Source: Williopsis jadinii (Eukaryota). From it: 64,000 nt of DNA. The stretch spans positions 682,001 through 746,000 of the forward strand of contig AP024664.1 of the NCBI GenBank assembly GCA_024346625.1, in the 5' to 3' direction. A model generated the notes under the pieces. That model was not told the DNA's origin. It made no database searches and saw nothing but the letters and a program-made list of their open reading frames with translations. This document shows, in pieces, positions 10,989-23,110 of the stretch (positions are counted from its first letter, which is position 1; every line of letters begins with the position of its first letter). The position numbers and the translations under genes were made by a program.

Positions 10989-12740
10989 TTAAGACATGGT
11001 GTAAGTAACACCTGCTCTTGGGGCGTTAAGGATGATACCGTTGAGGATACCAGCAACAAGACCGGCACATGGCAAGGTAACAATCCAGCCCAAGTAACAG
11101 AAGAGAACAATTCTCCAGTTAACAGACTTGAGATCCTTGTTACACAGACCGACAAACACGGTGGCACCAACAGCACATTGGGTTGTGGAGACTGGAATGG
11201 CCAATTGAGTAGCCATGGTGACGGTAATGGCTGCACCAAGCTCAATACAGAAACCACGAGATGGAGATTGCAAGGTCAATCTGTTACCCAAGTTTCTCAT
11301 GATGTTGTAACCGTAGGTCCAACAACCAAGGACAAGGGAAGCAGCGGTGAAACAGAGAACCCAGATTGGAACGTCGGACTTGGCAGCAGTGGTGTTTGTT
11401 TTCCAAACGGTGTAGACAGAAGATAACGGACCAGCAGCGTTGGAGATATCGTTGGAGCCGTGGGCAAAAGACATGGTACAGGCAGTGATGGCTTGCAAAA
11501 GGGAGAACAAGTACTCAATCTTGTTGTCGTAGTACTTGGCACGAGAGTGCATGTCCTTGATATCGTTGGAAAGAACACCAGTAGCAGAGACTTGGTTAGA
11601 AATAACATCTTGAGTCCAACCGTGGATGACAATCAACCACAAGAGACGTGGCCATTGGCTTGGCTTCTTCAACATAGAAAGCCACAACTCCTTGGTGGTT
11701 TGCTTTGGCTCCAATGGGGCAGTAGTAGCAGCCTCAGAGGTCTGGGTTGGAACAATCTCTTCGGTGTCGTACTTCTTCTCCAAGTCCTCAACATCTTGGT
11801 CAAAGTGCGCTTGTTTGTCCTCAGTAGCGTTGGACTCAATGTCAACCGGACCGTTGTTGTCGTACTCTTGGAATCTCTTACCTTTGTAGTAATCTGGAAC
11901 CAGTTCGTGACCAGCTGGGATTGGTGGGATGTCATCGGTAGACTTGAAGTAGTAGTATGGACCAATAGCCATGTGGTACCATTTCAATCTCCAGTCCTCG
12001 TGCACAATTCTTCTTCTAAGGTATGGGAACATGAAGATCCAGTAAAGAGCAAATGCGACACCACCGACACCGAAAATGGATCCAGCAACCTCTCTAGTAG
12101 ACAAGTCATCCAAGTTAAGATTTGGAGCACCCTTCCATGTGATCAACATGGTCAAGATAGCAAAGGTAAGGTAGATCAAACATGGCATCAGCAAGAAACC
12201 GTTTCTCAATTGATGCTTTCTCTCCAAGACACCGTACTTAGAGATCAAGAAAACAATGGCAGCAAAACAACCAGCAATGGCTGGGGCGATGAACCAAGAT
12301 GCAACGATTTGGGAGAAACCTGACCAGCCCCAGTGGATGTTTTCAGCACCAACGGCGGCAATACCAGCACCAATAACACCACCAACAATGGAGTGGGTAG
12401 TAGAGACCGGCATACCAATCGAAGTAGCAAGTGACAACCAAAGAGAGGAACCGACAAGGGCACAGGCCATGGTCAACATCAAAACAGCTGGCTTATCGCT
12501 GAACTCGCTGATATCAATAATGTTGTTTCTAATGGTACTGGAGACACGGGAACCAGCAAGAACGGCACCCAAGAACTCCATAAGACCAGCAAGGATCATA
12601 GCTTGCCAGTACTTCAAGGAACGGGAGGAGACAGAGGAGGCGAACGAGTTTGCAACATCGTTGGCACCAATGTTCCAGGCATCCAAGAAGGCGAAGATCA
12701 CCGCGATGGCGAAGATGTAATCAAACTGGTGGAGAGCCAT
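10989..12740 (-). CDS. PHO89: Na+/phosphate symporter (PiT family)
   Basis: MALHQFDYIFAI, GANDVANSF and AHGSNDISNA PiT signature motifs, PVSTTHSIVG/PVSTTQC. Confidence 0.97.
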   Translation of the reverse strand: MALHQFDYIFAIAVIFAFLDAWNIGANDVANSFASSVSSRSLKYWQAMILAGLMEFLGAVLAGSRVSSTIRNNIIDISEFSDKPAVLMLTMACALVGSSLWLSLATSIGMPVSTTHSIVGGVIGAGIAAVGAENIHWGWSGFSQIVASWFIAPAIAGCFAAIVFLISKYGVLERKHQLRNGFLLMPCLIYLTFAILTMLITWKGAPNLNLDDLSTREVAGSIFGVGGVAFALYWIFMFPYLRRRIVHEDWRLKWYHMAIGPYYYFKSTDDIPPIPAGHELVPDYYKGKRFQEYDNNGPVDIESNATEDKQAHFDQDVEDLEKKYDTEEIVPTQTSEAATTAPLEPKQTTKELWLSMLKKPSQWPRLLWLIVIHGWTQDVISNQVSATGVLSNDIKDMHSRAKYYDNKIEYLFSLLQAITACTMSFAHGSNDISNAAGPLSSVYTVWKTNTTAAKSDVPIWVLCFTAASLVLGCWTYGYNIMRNLGNRLTLQSPSRGFCIELGAAITVTMATQLAIPVSTTQCAVGATVFVGLCNKDLKSVNWRIVLFCYLGWIVTLPCAGLVAGILNGIILNAPRAGVTYTMS

Positions 12741-13011
12741 AACGTCTGTATCAGCTGCTTGTGGATCTGTTTGAATGTGATGATGAACCAACAACGGCTC
12801 TTAGATACAGCATCCACAACAGGGATCTCCCCTCCTTATATAGCCAGAACTGCCGCCTAGGAGTGAAAATGGGCCTTTTTAGCCCAAACGGCGTATGTAC
12901 GTACACCATCTACACTTTTCAGCACGCACTACGACGGGAAGCTGCCATCGAGGGCCCACATGGGCTACCCAATACAGAGTTCTGTATGTATGATCGTCGT
13001 ACATGGCCACA

Positions 13012-13496
13012 GCCAAGGTTTGGCGAAGAAATTTTTTCATGCCTAGACATTCTTAGCTGTTCTAAGCTGCTCACACAATTTTGGACAGATAAATTACAGC
13101 AACTTCAGCAGAATTGAACATTCCTTGGCTGAAAACAGTGTGAAAATGCTCAAATGGGCTTGGGCTTGGCAATGTGAGACGGACTTGCGCTAGGTTTAAA
13201 ACGTTGCACGAGGTGAAATGGGCATGTCTGGAGTGTTTTACTGGGCGGAGAGCCGTTGTGAGCCTGGTGCCAGAAAAAAAGCATCTGGTCGTACGGGCAT
13301 CATATTGATGTGTTCGAGGTGATGTGAGTGCCCATGTAGGGGGTGGTCCCTGGAAGACGTTAGCCCCATGTTGATCTATGTAAGGGTCTAAATTTTGGTG
13401 GAGTGTTTTATTATGTGGTTGGTGTGTTTTTTTGCCTTGCGGGACGGTGGTAGGGCCCGATTAGCCTGAACTGCTGCTGAAGTGGGCAGCCACGTT
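13012..13496. promoter_or_regulatory. PHO89 upstream region: Rim101/PacC-type GCCARG sites and Pho4-type CACGTT
   Basis: GCCAAG 13012-13017, CTTGGC 13124-13129 and 13165-13170, CACGTT 13491-13496. Confidence 0.5.
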
Positions 13497-15705
13497 TTCG
13501 CTCTTCCTGGGAAGCGATCGCCTGAACTCTGCCTAATTTCTTGGTGGGGATCGCAGGCGAGAAAATAAACAAAAGCATGAAAAGAAACAATTGAGCCCAC
13601 GGGGGGTCTCTCTGGGAGTTTACAGGAAGGCTGCAGCCGTTCTTGTAGATGAAAAGGTTGTGCTCTTGTGACGTTAACCAGCTTGGAGGCCTGGGACAGC
13701 GCGTGGGCTAATGGGCTAATGGAGGAAGAGGCAAGCGTCGTACGTGTCGCGCACGCGTGTGTCATGAGACCTGGAACTACGGTGGTAGAGTTGGCTTGTG
13801 GCCAACGTTGGGTGTGATATCGTGAAGTTTGCCTGTGGGGTTGGTTTGAAGGAAACCTTTGTAGGCTCTGGAGACCGGGTCAGCTATGAAAACGCCATTG
13901 CGTTTCTTTACATGATGTCACAGATGTGAACATGCCAGCAGTATCAACATGGGCTAAGAGTTTATCGAGGGAAACCGTTGCGAGGTCCACTGAGAAGAAT
14001 GGGAGCACTGGAGCAGACGACTCCTACAAGCAGGCGAACAACAGTGCCGAACGCCAAAGCTCACTTACTCGATAAACGTGTCATTGATTTGTCTGCCGCA
14101 CCCGAATTCCACACGATTGGTGCTCAGACAACGTTCGTATAGATACATACCCTTTGCAGGGCTTCTGCTTTGTGTGTGCATGTGTTTAAACTGTAGACCA
14201 AATGACAATCAGTCGAGGCTTGAAGGTTAATGAGACCTGAGTGCGAACCAGAACGTTGAAACAAGCGACCATTGGAGCTCACCAGACCTGATCTGTGCCT
14301 CCGTGTAGAATAATTATAAGTTTAGCAAGTGATCATTGTGCTGTCTCGTGTGGTTTGATGTCTTTTGAGTTTCTCTCACATATGTTCATGTCCCGATATT
14401 CTTTCAATGGTACCTTCAACGTCACTGATTACGTCTGATTTGGACCTTCCCAGGTCGGGCTCTCCAACCCACAAGGCCTGATACCGATAGCCATACACGG
14501 GCAGTGGAAACGCATGTTCGCCAGTTTGCACATGATCCTCTACACAACAGAAACGCTCGCCTGACCAGGTGTGTGATGTAAGTGGACGTACTGGAGTCAG
14601 CTGAAAACTTGTTGGTGCACAGCTAAATTCTGTTCCTTTACACAATGGATCTGGATACATGAGTAATGTAAGGAGGTATCTATTGGTTAACTCTGATGGT
14701 GACGAAAGCTTCAAACCTAGCAACACCACACAGAGCCACTCCTTCAACACCGGCTCCACTGTTTCTTATCTCTCTCTCTCTCTGCCATTGCCCTTTCGTC
14801 CAACACTCCCCTCCTGCTCCCTACTCATGTACCGTCGATGCTGCCTCCGTGTGCACTTCTCTGGTGACTTCTTGTCAAACACTGTTGCATTGTAGAGAGA
14901 GCCCACGTGTCCCAGCCTATCTGCAACTCATTCGGTTTTATCTGCAGTGGACTTTTGTGTCAAATTGTCTGCGTCATAAAGTTTGTTTTTTTGCTTTTTT
15001 ATGCATGAGCGCTTCCTGCATTCGGTCTTGTGTTGCCCGCTACCGAGAAACGTGTTGAAGCTGTAGGCTGTGCAATCATCGCTTAGCTTCACACGACCAC
15101 CTGCCCTATTGTTTGGGGCTTTAACAGTTGCGGGAGGACTGTTCTGCCTGTTAGTGTTGAAACATTGGAGCACGAGAGGGAGGAGAGACGTTTGTTCACT
15201 AGGCAGAGCACAAGTGTTCATGTGAGGGTGAAAAATTGGCAATTGCTGAGCAAGGCCGTACCTGAAAAACGCTTGGACCAGCTACTCGCTATCCGGTTAT
15301 CAGCCATCATGCCAGCATTGAGCGGTGTGTGAGTAGAATGTACACAACGCGCTTGTGCTCCTATGTTCTACATGGGTTCAGTTCGCTCAAACTGGTCTGG
15401 AGGGACGTGTGATTAATTCTAAACAGTACACCAAGGCTCATGTGCTGACTCGTAGTGTTCTTCTAAGTGTCCTGCCCTGCACGCTGATTTGCCTTGTTCG
15501 TTGGATTTATCAATGTACATATAGTACCGTATCTTATCGTATAGTCCACGTGTAGATGTGATATCGCGCTCTAGTGTCTGAACTAGCAGTAGCTTCCCCG
15601 TACATATACCGTTTACACCTTTGGGTGTAAATGTGTGCACTGTACATATGTGCACTATACATGTTTCAAACGATGTGTGTGTTTTCGCTCCTGTTTGTCC
15701 TTCGC

Positions 15706-16119
15706 TCAAGCGTTTGAATCATCAGGCTTAGTACTTGGAGAGCTCTCTGGGAAAAACGCATCGAGAGATCCACCCAGGTATAACTTGAGTTGATTTTTCG
15801 TAGCTGGAAGAACTTTACATTTCACCTTACCTCCACCAGCGCGTTCATACGCTTGGAAGCGATGGCACCCACCAAAGGCAAAGTAGTAGGTACGTCCTGA
15901 CTCCCTCACAGCCAGAACATCGATAGGAGGCAATTCGCCATTGGCATCGACGGCTTGCTCTAAGGTACACGTGCTCGATGCCATAGGTTTCCCTTCAAGT
16001 GTCGAAGCCATGGCAACGATTTTTGATTCGTCTAGAACTGGTGGAATGGGTCTCTTTATCTCTGAGAGCGGTAGGTATGTGATCTTGCCCACATGGCCGG
16101 ATTGGATAGAGCCAGACAT
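15706..16119 (-). CDS. SRX1: Sulfiredoxin
   Basis: IKRPIPPVLDESKI, ELPPIDVL, YFAFGGCHRFQAY catalytic motif; ATG at 16119. Confidence 0.96.
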   Translation of the reverse strand: MSGSIQSGHVGKITYLPLSEIKRPIPPVLDESKIVAMASTLEGKPMASSTCTLEQAVDANGELPPIDVLAVRESGRTYYFAFGGCHRFQAYERAGGGKVKCKVLPATKNQLKLYLGGSLDAFFPESSPSTKPDDSNA

Positions 16120-17061
16120 AATTCGTGTGTGTGTGTTGTGTATGCGTGTATATATATCCACTATACCAGTTCCTCAGGACTCGATATTCTATGGAACGAG
16201 CCTCTTTAAATAGAGATGGCAATCATCTTCTGGAAGAAACACCCACTTTTGTTGCTTATACGAAGCTTTGAACCTCGACCTCCAATCACTTAGAAATCAT
16301 ATTCGGTAGAGGACACACTGTTGACAAATCCCACGCTCTGCTGGTTTTGTTAATTGCACACATTTGTAATACCGTGCGATGGCTATAACAAGGGCCGTGG
16401 CTTGTGACACGTTTGTTGATCCATTGCCTTCTGGTGCTCTCTGTCTTGCTGTCTATTGTTGTTTTCATTGGTGGGCAGATGACATCCATCAAAGTGTGCG
16501 GCCAACGTGTGTTCCATCTTGAAATGTATGGAGCACTCAATATGGCCTGGGTTTGTTAACGGTGTATAGCGTCTCCGTAGGCTCTACTGTTAATCGATGC
16601 CATTGGCTGTAATATTCTGTCGAATAGTGAGCTATGGTTGGTCAACCGTTGCGTGTCGTGATTGGGACCGTACACGATATATGAATTGTTTCCGCAGTCA
16701 AGGTGCAAAGTTCAACGTCTGTTTGACGTATATCCACTTATCATCTCCAACGATTGATAAGCCAACGCCTTGTAAGGCGAGAGCACCTTATTGCACTCAT
16801 AGCGCATGGTTACCACTCGTGATACAAAGGTACAAACACGCTTGATAATACTAGACAGTCCCTTCCACACCATAACGAACTGAAAAGAGACCTCAAGTCA
16901 GTCCATACAACCGACACCTGTGCCGGCTGTTCTGATAAGCGCCTACGTAATACGACATAGAGCTGGTCCATAACCCAAAATCAACCCCAATTCACTCGCA
17001 TACCATCGCTCTGAAGCTCGCCAGATCCACCAGCACCAAGACAGAACAAGAATTCACACGC

Positions 17062-17146
17062 TGCGACGCGTCGCACTACTCAAGATACGCACGTAAATGA
17101 AAATCCGCCCACACGCGTACGCGTCGCGCGCTCAACCACTTTCGCG
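17062..17146. promoter_or_regulatory. MCB/SCB cluster (G1/S, MBF/SBF-type) in the SRX1-SBE2 divergent promoter
   Basis: ACGCGT at 17066 (inside the 14 bp palindrome TGCGACGCGTCGCA), 17113 and 17119; TTTCGCG at 17140. Confidence 0.6.
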
Positions 17147-17742
17147 TCGCTCCGAAGGAAAAACCCACACACCAAAAAATAAAGTTCCAGAACCGCATCT
17201 GTGTGTCCGCTACCATTAAAACCCCCTAGCGTGGGCCTACCACTTATGCGTTCCTTGCAGAGAGTTCGAAAACCACATACATATGTTGACAAAAATAGAC
17301 GCTCGTCGAACCTTTGAGGGAATCTCAACCTTCGTCTTCTGCCTTTGAGATTGAAGCAAATATTCGCTGCATTTTATCATCTCTTCCATCAACTCCATTG
17401 TTGAAGCCCAGTTGTCGATCTCAAGTCAAAAGGCCCCCTCCAGATCGTCTTTTGCACCACCAAAACTGTTCTTCCTGGCCGTAGAAGTGCTGGTTGTTCT
17501 GTGCGAGTTGTGTGTGTGGTTTTTTTTAGATCACCGCGGAGTGGCTCTCGGCATTGTTTAGTTATTGCCCTTTTTAGCCTTGTTGAATCACTGTTTGATA
17601 CACGCCGGGGTTCCTGGAATTCAACAGCTCATCTTTGACACACGGAAGAAGAAGCCGATCGACTCTCCATCCATATTTATTGCAACGGCGTGCTTTGGCT
17701 TCGAACTCACTCTGGCACTACATCGACACGGGAAAGGTTGTA

Positions 17743-19488
17743 ATGATGAGTGAAGGATTTGACGAGGTGGACATCAACGTTGTTGGTGCCCACAGACCAC
17801 GCAGAGAGTCTCCTCTGGCGTACATGTACAAGCAGAGACACAGCAACAACTTGAGGTCGTCGCTGGCGCTGATGAATGATAATTCGTATGAGACGTTGCC
17901 GATGCCGGATGTGAAAGAGTCGCCCAGGGCTCAGAATAGCCCACTTAGTACGAAGATGAGCAACACCGCACAGCCAAACCCGGTGGTGGTGCAACGGAAG
18001 GTTGAATACTCCCCATCGAAGAGGCTCAAGAAGAGTAGGGAGATCAGAGGACAAGACTTGGATGACAAGCTGACGAATGGAGATGATGATGAGGACGATG
18101 AACTGGACGACTCTGTCATCATGTATGATGTTCCGCTATCACAATCTCTGGTGCAGCTCTCAGAGAACCAAAAGATGGTTGGTTCTAAGAAGCTTATGAG
18201 TTTCACCTCTGACACTACGAGAACTTCCAGTATCATGAGCTCTGGTAACTCACACGATATGAACTCGGATTTTGAGCTGGACGTTATGAACGACGATGCC
18301 ATGAAGTTAACCATGGAATTCTGTAAGTCTGATTCTGTTCACGTATCACAAGAGTACGATGCAAGAAGGCACTTGCTCAATCAGATCGAAGTTGCCAATG
18401 GGATCGAAGACTCCCATATCCCACCAAGTGCTATGAAGCAGAAGCTCTTGGCTAGTACAAGACCTTCCCACCTACCACCAAAACCAAAGGTTGAAGCGCA
18501 GAGACATTTGAGACAGGTTGAAAGACTGAAATCTCAGGCTCTAAAGGCGGAATTGGCTAGTGAACAAGCACGTTTGAAACATATAAAGGAGCTGGAAAGG
18601 TTGAAATCACAGGACTACCTCTATTGGGAGAGGAAAATCATTCCAAACTTCGAAGATATGATTGAGAAGTCTTCCACAAGGGAAGTCTGGTGGAGATCAG
18701 GGGTTCCTAACAAGTATCGTAAGTTCGTATGGGTTCAGCTGTTGGCTGTGAAGTCAGCTTCCATGTTGAAAACTCTGCCTGAGTTACGCTCAAAGGCTCA
18801 GAAATTGATCGATTCAAACACCCCGTTAGTCCAAAAGCTAAGTGATGAACTTGACAAAGTGTTCATCGATGTTGGTTCATTTCAAACATCATTGAACCAA
18901 CCTCTGCTGCAGGTTTTAACGATGTACTATGTTCAAAACGATATAAAGGCACCTGTGAAGGGCCTCTGTTCATTGGCATCCATCTTACTCTATAACGTCC
19001 AGTCCGTGAATGAGACTTACTTATGCCTCTGTGGGTTACTCCAGCGCCATGTCTTGAAGTCGTTATATGCCAAAGATATGGATAGATTTCACAAGGAGGC
19101 AGAGTCATTCTTGAGAACCTTTGATCGCTTAAATCCAAGGCTTTCACAGCATATCACGAGAGAATTGAGATTACCACCGGAGAAGTACCTGGTTCCATTG
19201 CTGCAAACGATGTTCGCCAATCTGTTAAGCTTGGAAATGTGCAGTGTAATCATGGACGTGTACATATTTGAAGGTGACTCTTTCTTGTGGAGATGTATTC
19301 TCACTCTATTCGACAAGATTGGCTATAGACTATATGGTAACGAATCTGAAATCTCTGATGTCATTGGCTGGGATGCACTGAGGAAGCTCAACGACAAAAA
19401 CGTTGATAGGGAACTTTGGGTTAGGTATTTGGACTTGGGGCATCCTATGGATTTTTTGGACTCTGTTAGAAAAATCTTGAAGAAATGA
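17743..19488 (+). CDS. Sbe2/Sbe22-like protein with C-terminal TBC (Rab-GAP-like) fold
   Basis: IMYDVPLS, STRPSHLPPKPK..RHL, TREVWWRSGVPNKYRKFVW, CSVIMDVYIFEGDSFLWRCILTLF. Confidence 0.75.
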   Translation: MMSEGFDEVDINVVGAHRPRRESPLAYMYKQRHSNNLRSSLALMNDNSYETLPMPDVKESPRAQNSPLSTKMSNTAQPNPVVVQRKVEYSPSKRLKKSREIRGQDLDDKLTNGDDDEDDELDDSVIMYDVPLSQSLVQLSENQKMVGSKKLMSFTSDTTRTSSIMSSGNSHDMNSDFELDVMNDDAMKLTMEFCKSDSVHVSQEYDARRHLLNQIEVANGIEDSHIPPSAMKQKLLASTRPSHLPPKPKVEAQRHLRQVERLKSQALKAELASEQARLKHIKELERLKSQDYLYWERKIIPNFEDMIEKSSTREVWWRSGVPNKYRKFVWVQLLAVKSASMLKTLPELRSKAQKLIDSNTPLVQKLSDELDKVFIDVGSFQTSLNQPLLQVLTMYYVQNDIKAPVKGLCSLASILLYNVQSVNETYLCLCGLLQRHVLKSLYAKDMDRFHKEAESFLRTFDRLNPRLSQHITRELRLPPEKYLVPLLQTMFANLLSLEMCSVIMDVYIFEGDSFLWRCILTLFDKIGYRLYGNESEISDVIGWDALRKLNDKNVDRELWVRYLDLGHPMDFLDSVRKILKK

Positions 19489-19683
19489 AATGAACTGTAC
19501 GACCTATGTATAATATGCTGTTTACTTATGAAGGTCTTATGCTTGTGTTGAAGTTTCTATAAATTGATGGAATTATTGGTATTATACTTCGACATTGTAG
19601 ATATTAGAAGTTTGAAAACAGAAAAGACGTTATATAAGATACAAGGGATTCACACATGGTGATTTTGGGCTCTAATAGGAACT

Positions 19684-20949
19684 TCATTGGTATCCATAGC
19701 CTTGATATCCCTGTTGGTAAAACTGCTGTTGCTGTAATTGAGGTTGTTGAAATGCCCCAGTTTGCTGGAATGTCATCCCAGTTTGCTGCTGTTGCGGTTG
19801 CTGGTATGACAGGCCGGTTTGTTGAATGCTCATCGCCGATGGCTGGCTCTGTAACTGGGGTTGTTGTACCTGTTGCAAGAACCCGTTTGACTGCTGAACG
19901 TTTGTTGGCTGGCTGTAGAGGCCCATCAACTGGGCTTTGTTGATGCCAGTTGCCTGAGGCTGTGCGTATCCTGTCTGTTGCTGTTGCTGTTGTAGCTGCT
20001 GTTGTTGTTGTAGCTGCTGTTGCTGTTGTAGCTGCTGTTGCTGTTGTAGCTCCCATTGTTGCTGCTGAACTGGGTCCACATAGATAACACCAGTAGCAGG
20101 GTCCAGGTACTGCTGTGGCGGCTCTGTCATTAACCCTGTTCCAGTAACGCTGAGAGATCCAGGTGTGCTTACGCCTGTCGCACTTCCAGTTAGCCAACTC
20201 GATGAGGACGTTGGCGCCTGCACTGAGGCCTGTTGAGCACCTACTGATGTTGATGGGTTTCCCTGGCTTGTGCCCGGTCTTCTAGGCAGCGCAGGCTTCG
20301 ACTGGTCCGAACTATCCAGTATCTTCGACGCCAAGTTCAAGTCTCCCTTGGCTAACACAAGCGCCTCGTAGTTATCATCAGTGTTACGATACCCCATGTT
20401 CTTCAGCTTCGGCTCCAACTTCTGATACTTGATGCGCTTCAGCTCAGGGATGTCCCGATGTGTCAACGACGGAACGTCACGAGAACCACTGCTTAGAGAC
20501 TGGCCGCGAGATCTGCTTCTCGCTCTGCTGCCGCTGTCACCACGTCTCCCCAGGTTGTAATCATCACTGGTCGGCTCGCTATACCGGAACTTACCAAGAA
20601 CGTACTTGTTTCTCACGTACATGAATATCTCATCCTTGTCATCGTCGTCGTAAGGGAAGGGAACGTCCTTCGGGTTCCACAGCTGCTTGGCCTTCTTGTT
20701 GCCCATCGACGCTAGGCTGTCGATGTCATCGTCCGTCCATCTGTCCAGCGTAAGGCTCTTCACAACAGACACATCGTCTCCCAGCTTTCTGTGTACTGAA
20801 GCACAACGGCCACAGAGGAACACTCCGAGGTTCACCGACGCCCAGGTGGGATACGTCGCACCACATTCACCACACTTGTTCCGGTTAGATCTGTCGTTCA
20901 ACAAGTCCAAGAGCTCGTGCTCGATACGTTTCTGGTCGCGTTTGCCCAT
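19684..20949 (-). CDS. GTS1: ArfGAP + UBA-like + Gln-rich protein
   Basis: CGECGATYPTWASVNLGVFLCGRCASVHRKLG..VKSLTLDRW ArfGAP zinc finger, LKNMGY..NYEAL..GDLNLA UBA-like segment, Q-rich tail. Confidence 0.85.
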   Translation of the reverse strand: MGKRDQKRIEHELLDLLNDRSNRNKCGECGATYPTWASVNLGVFLCGRCASVHRKLGDDVSVVKSLTLDRWTDDDIDSLASMGNKKAKQLWNPKDVPFPYDDDDKDEIFMYVRNKYVLGKFRYSEPTSDDYNLGRRGDSGSRARSRSRGQSLSSGSRDVPSLTHRDIPELKRIKYQKLEPKLKNMGYRNTDDNYEALVLAKGDLNLASKILDSSDQSKPALPRRPGTSQGNPSTSVGAQQASVQAPTSSSSWLTGSATGVSTPGSLSVTGTGLMTEPPQQYLDPATGVIYVDPVQQQQWELQQQQQLQQQQQLQQQQQLQQQQQQTGYAQPQATGINKAQLMGLYSQPTNVQQSNGFLQQVQQPQLQSQPSAMSIQQTGLSYQQPQQQQTGMTFQQTGAFQQPQLQQQQFYQQGYQGYGYQ

Positions 20950-21179
20950 TGTATGCTTGTCTGGCTGGTTTGGTTGGTTCAATGGTTCAATGGTTCAATG
21001 GTGAGGATTAAAGAGAGGAGGTGTGCGAAGGGCTCAACGGGATTAAATTTCGCTCTCTGGGGGTTTTTCCCGCAAAGCTGGGGCTGCTGAGGGTTTTCGT
21101 TCCTGCCCGCGCGGGCAGAGCGTGGAGTTTTCGGGTGAGTTTTAGCAGGGACGCCGGCGGGGGCTCAGCGCAGGGGGCG

Positions 21180-21258
21180 GCCTAGCGAGCACACCCAGCC
21201 CAGCCTAGCGAGCACAGCACAGACAGCCCAGCCTAGCGAGCACAGACAGCCCAGCCTG
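21180..21258. repeat. Degenerate tandem repeat (C)CCAGCCTAGCGAGCACAG
   Basis: Three CCTAGCGAGCACA cores separated by CAGCCCAG spacers. Confidence 0.85.
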
Positions 21259-22122
21259 GAGGGTTGGCCCGTTGAGCCTGGGGCAGTGGGCTGTGAAGGA
21301 AATGCTGTGTGTGTAGCTGCCTTTGTAAGTGAACAGGTGGGCTCTGTGGAGCGTGATGGTGGTGCTCGGTCTGTCTGCAGTGGTTGCTGGAAGGAGATGC
21401 TCTGCCTGTAGGACACGCAGCCACGTCCATTGCGGTTCGATACAGGACAAGTTGTAGGTTGTAATATTAAAGAGACGGAGCTCGCTCGGTTACGGAGTTC
21501 TTATGGACAATTGGGCTCAAGAACAGGGTTGGTTAAGAGCGAGAAGCGTGGCCTATGTGTAACCTATTGGGATCTCCAATGTGATATGCTGGGTGCTCCA
21601 CTACCCAAGTTGGAGAGACTGTGCAAAATCAAAGACAAAGGCACCACTACAATGGTCTTAAAGGCTCAATCGATAGTTTCAACCCGTGACACCAGCAGTT
21701 AACATTCTCCCACTCTGAGGCTTGGAACAATAACGTTCATTGTACTAGAATGATGTTGAACACCGAGAAAACACGCTCTACTCCCCCACCACCACCACCT
21801 CCGCCACCACCTCGCTGACCAACGCTCATGGAGGCCTCCACAGGCACTACAACACACCGGTGGCCGTCTTTAAGCAAACAGCAACCACCGACCCCTCGTG
21901 GATCTTGCTTCGATTATCGATAAAATGTGTATATATATAATACTTCCTTGAACACTCGTTGCTGTGGTAACGGTCTGATACCCCATCTCGTGGTGTGCGG
22001 ATGTGGCTGTTGATAAGGCGGCCGCTCAGTTGTTCAACACAACGGGCCTCACACTTCATTATTACTCATCCAGGCTGTGGCGGGATATCTCAGCGTGAGG
22101 GAAGCTGAGCCCGTAGAACGAG

Positions 22123-23094
22123 ATGACAAAGGGGCCGCACTCGACAAACAAGCTGCTGTCGATACAATCACATGTTATACATGGGTATGTTGGTAACAGA
22201 GCAGCGACATTCCCGCTTCAAATGCGTGGATGGGACGTTGATTGTTTGAACACCGTTCAATTCTCCAATCACCCAGCGTATGGGAGCTTCAAGGGCACCA
22301 AGTTCGGTCCTGAGACCCTGAAGGAGTTCTACAGAGGACTGAAGGATATCGGCATCAATTATGATGTCGTGCTGACCGGGTACGTTCCGAGTGATGAAGC
22401 GTTATCGGTGGTGTTTGACATGTGTAAAGACCTTGCAAGCCATGGGGTTAAATGGATCTTGGATCCCGTGCTAGGTGATAATGGTAAAATCTACGTTAGC
22501 CAGGGCAACGTTGACCTGTACAGGCATATACTGAGATGTGGGTTGGTGTCTGTTGTCACCCCAAACCAGCTGGAATTGGAAGTTTTAAGTGGTGTCAAAG
22601 TTACTGATCTTGAGTCGTTCAAAAATGCCATTGATACATTTAACGAGTTATACAACGTTGAGAATTTGATCGTTACAAGCGTACAGCTCTCGAATGACTC
22701 GGCAAGCTTGTATAGTGCAGGATCTACTCGTATTCTTCAAGGTGTCTTCAAGTCGTTTTATTTCAAAGTGCAAACCATTCCTGCACAGTTCTCAGGCTCT
22801 GGTGATCTGTTCAGTGGATTATTGACAAGTGCCATCTACAAGTACAACGAGAAATATGGGTCGAGTGTTAACATCAATACCCAGCTAGAGACCTTGCCAC
22901 TGGCATATGCATTAAACGAAGTGTTATCCATAGTGGAGAAAGTGTTGACGTTAACCTATGAACATGAGCTTAACAAATATACATCTAGGGGCCAGCCTGT
23001 TCCATCATGTTTGAAGATCAATGATCTTAAACTCATCCAGGCAAGACATTACTATACACAGGAGCTACGTAACTTCACTGTGCATTCTTTTTAA
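22123..23094 (+). CDS. BUD17: Pyridoxal kinase-like protein
   Basis: LLSIQSHVIHGYVGNRAATFPLQMRGWDVDCLNTVQFSNH, DPVLGDNG, TPNQLE, FSGSGDLF; N-terminus closer to Bud17 than Bud16. Confidence 0.88.
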   Translation: MTKGPHSTNKLLSIQSHVIHGYVGNRAATFPLQMRGWDVDCLNTVQFSNHPAYGSFKGTKFGPETLKEFYRGLKDIGINYDVVLTGYVPSDEALSVVFDMCKDLASHGVKWILDPVLGDNGKIYVSQGNVDLYRHILRCGLVSVVTPNQLELEVLSGVKVTDLESFKNAIDTFNELYNVENLIVTSVQLSNDSASLYSAGSTRILQGVFKSFYFKVQTIPAQFSGSGDLFSGLLTSAIYKYNEKYGSSVNINTQLETLPLAYALNEVLSIVEKVLTLTYEHELNKYTSRGQPVPSCLKINDLKLIQARHYYTQELRNFTVHSF

Positions 23095-23110
23095 TGGTGT
23101 ACGTTTCTAT

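Noticed and set aside
13388..15700. Short ORFs in the long PHO89-SRX1 intergenic region (e.g. 14376-14759)
   Set aside because: No recognisable domains or coding-like composition; more consistent with extended promoter DNA.
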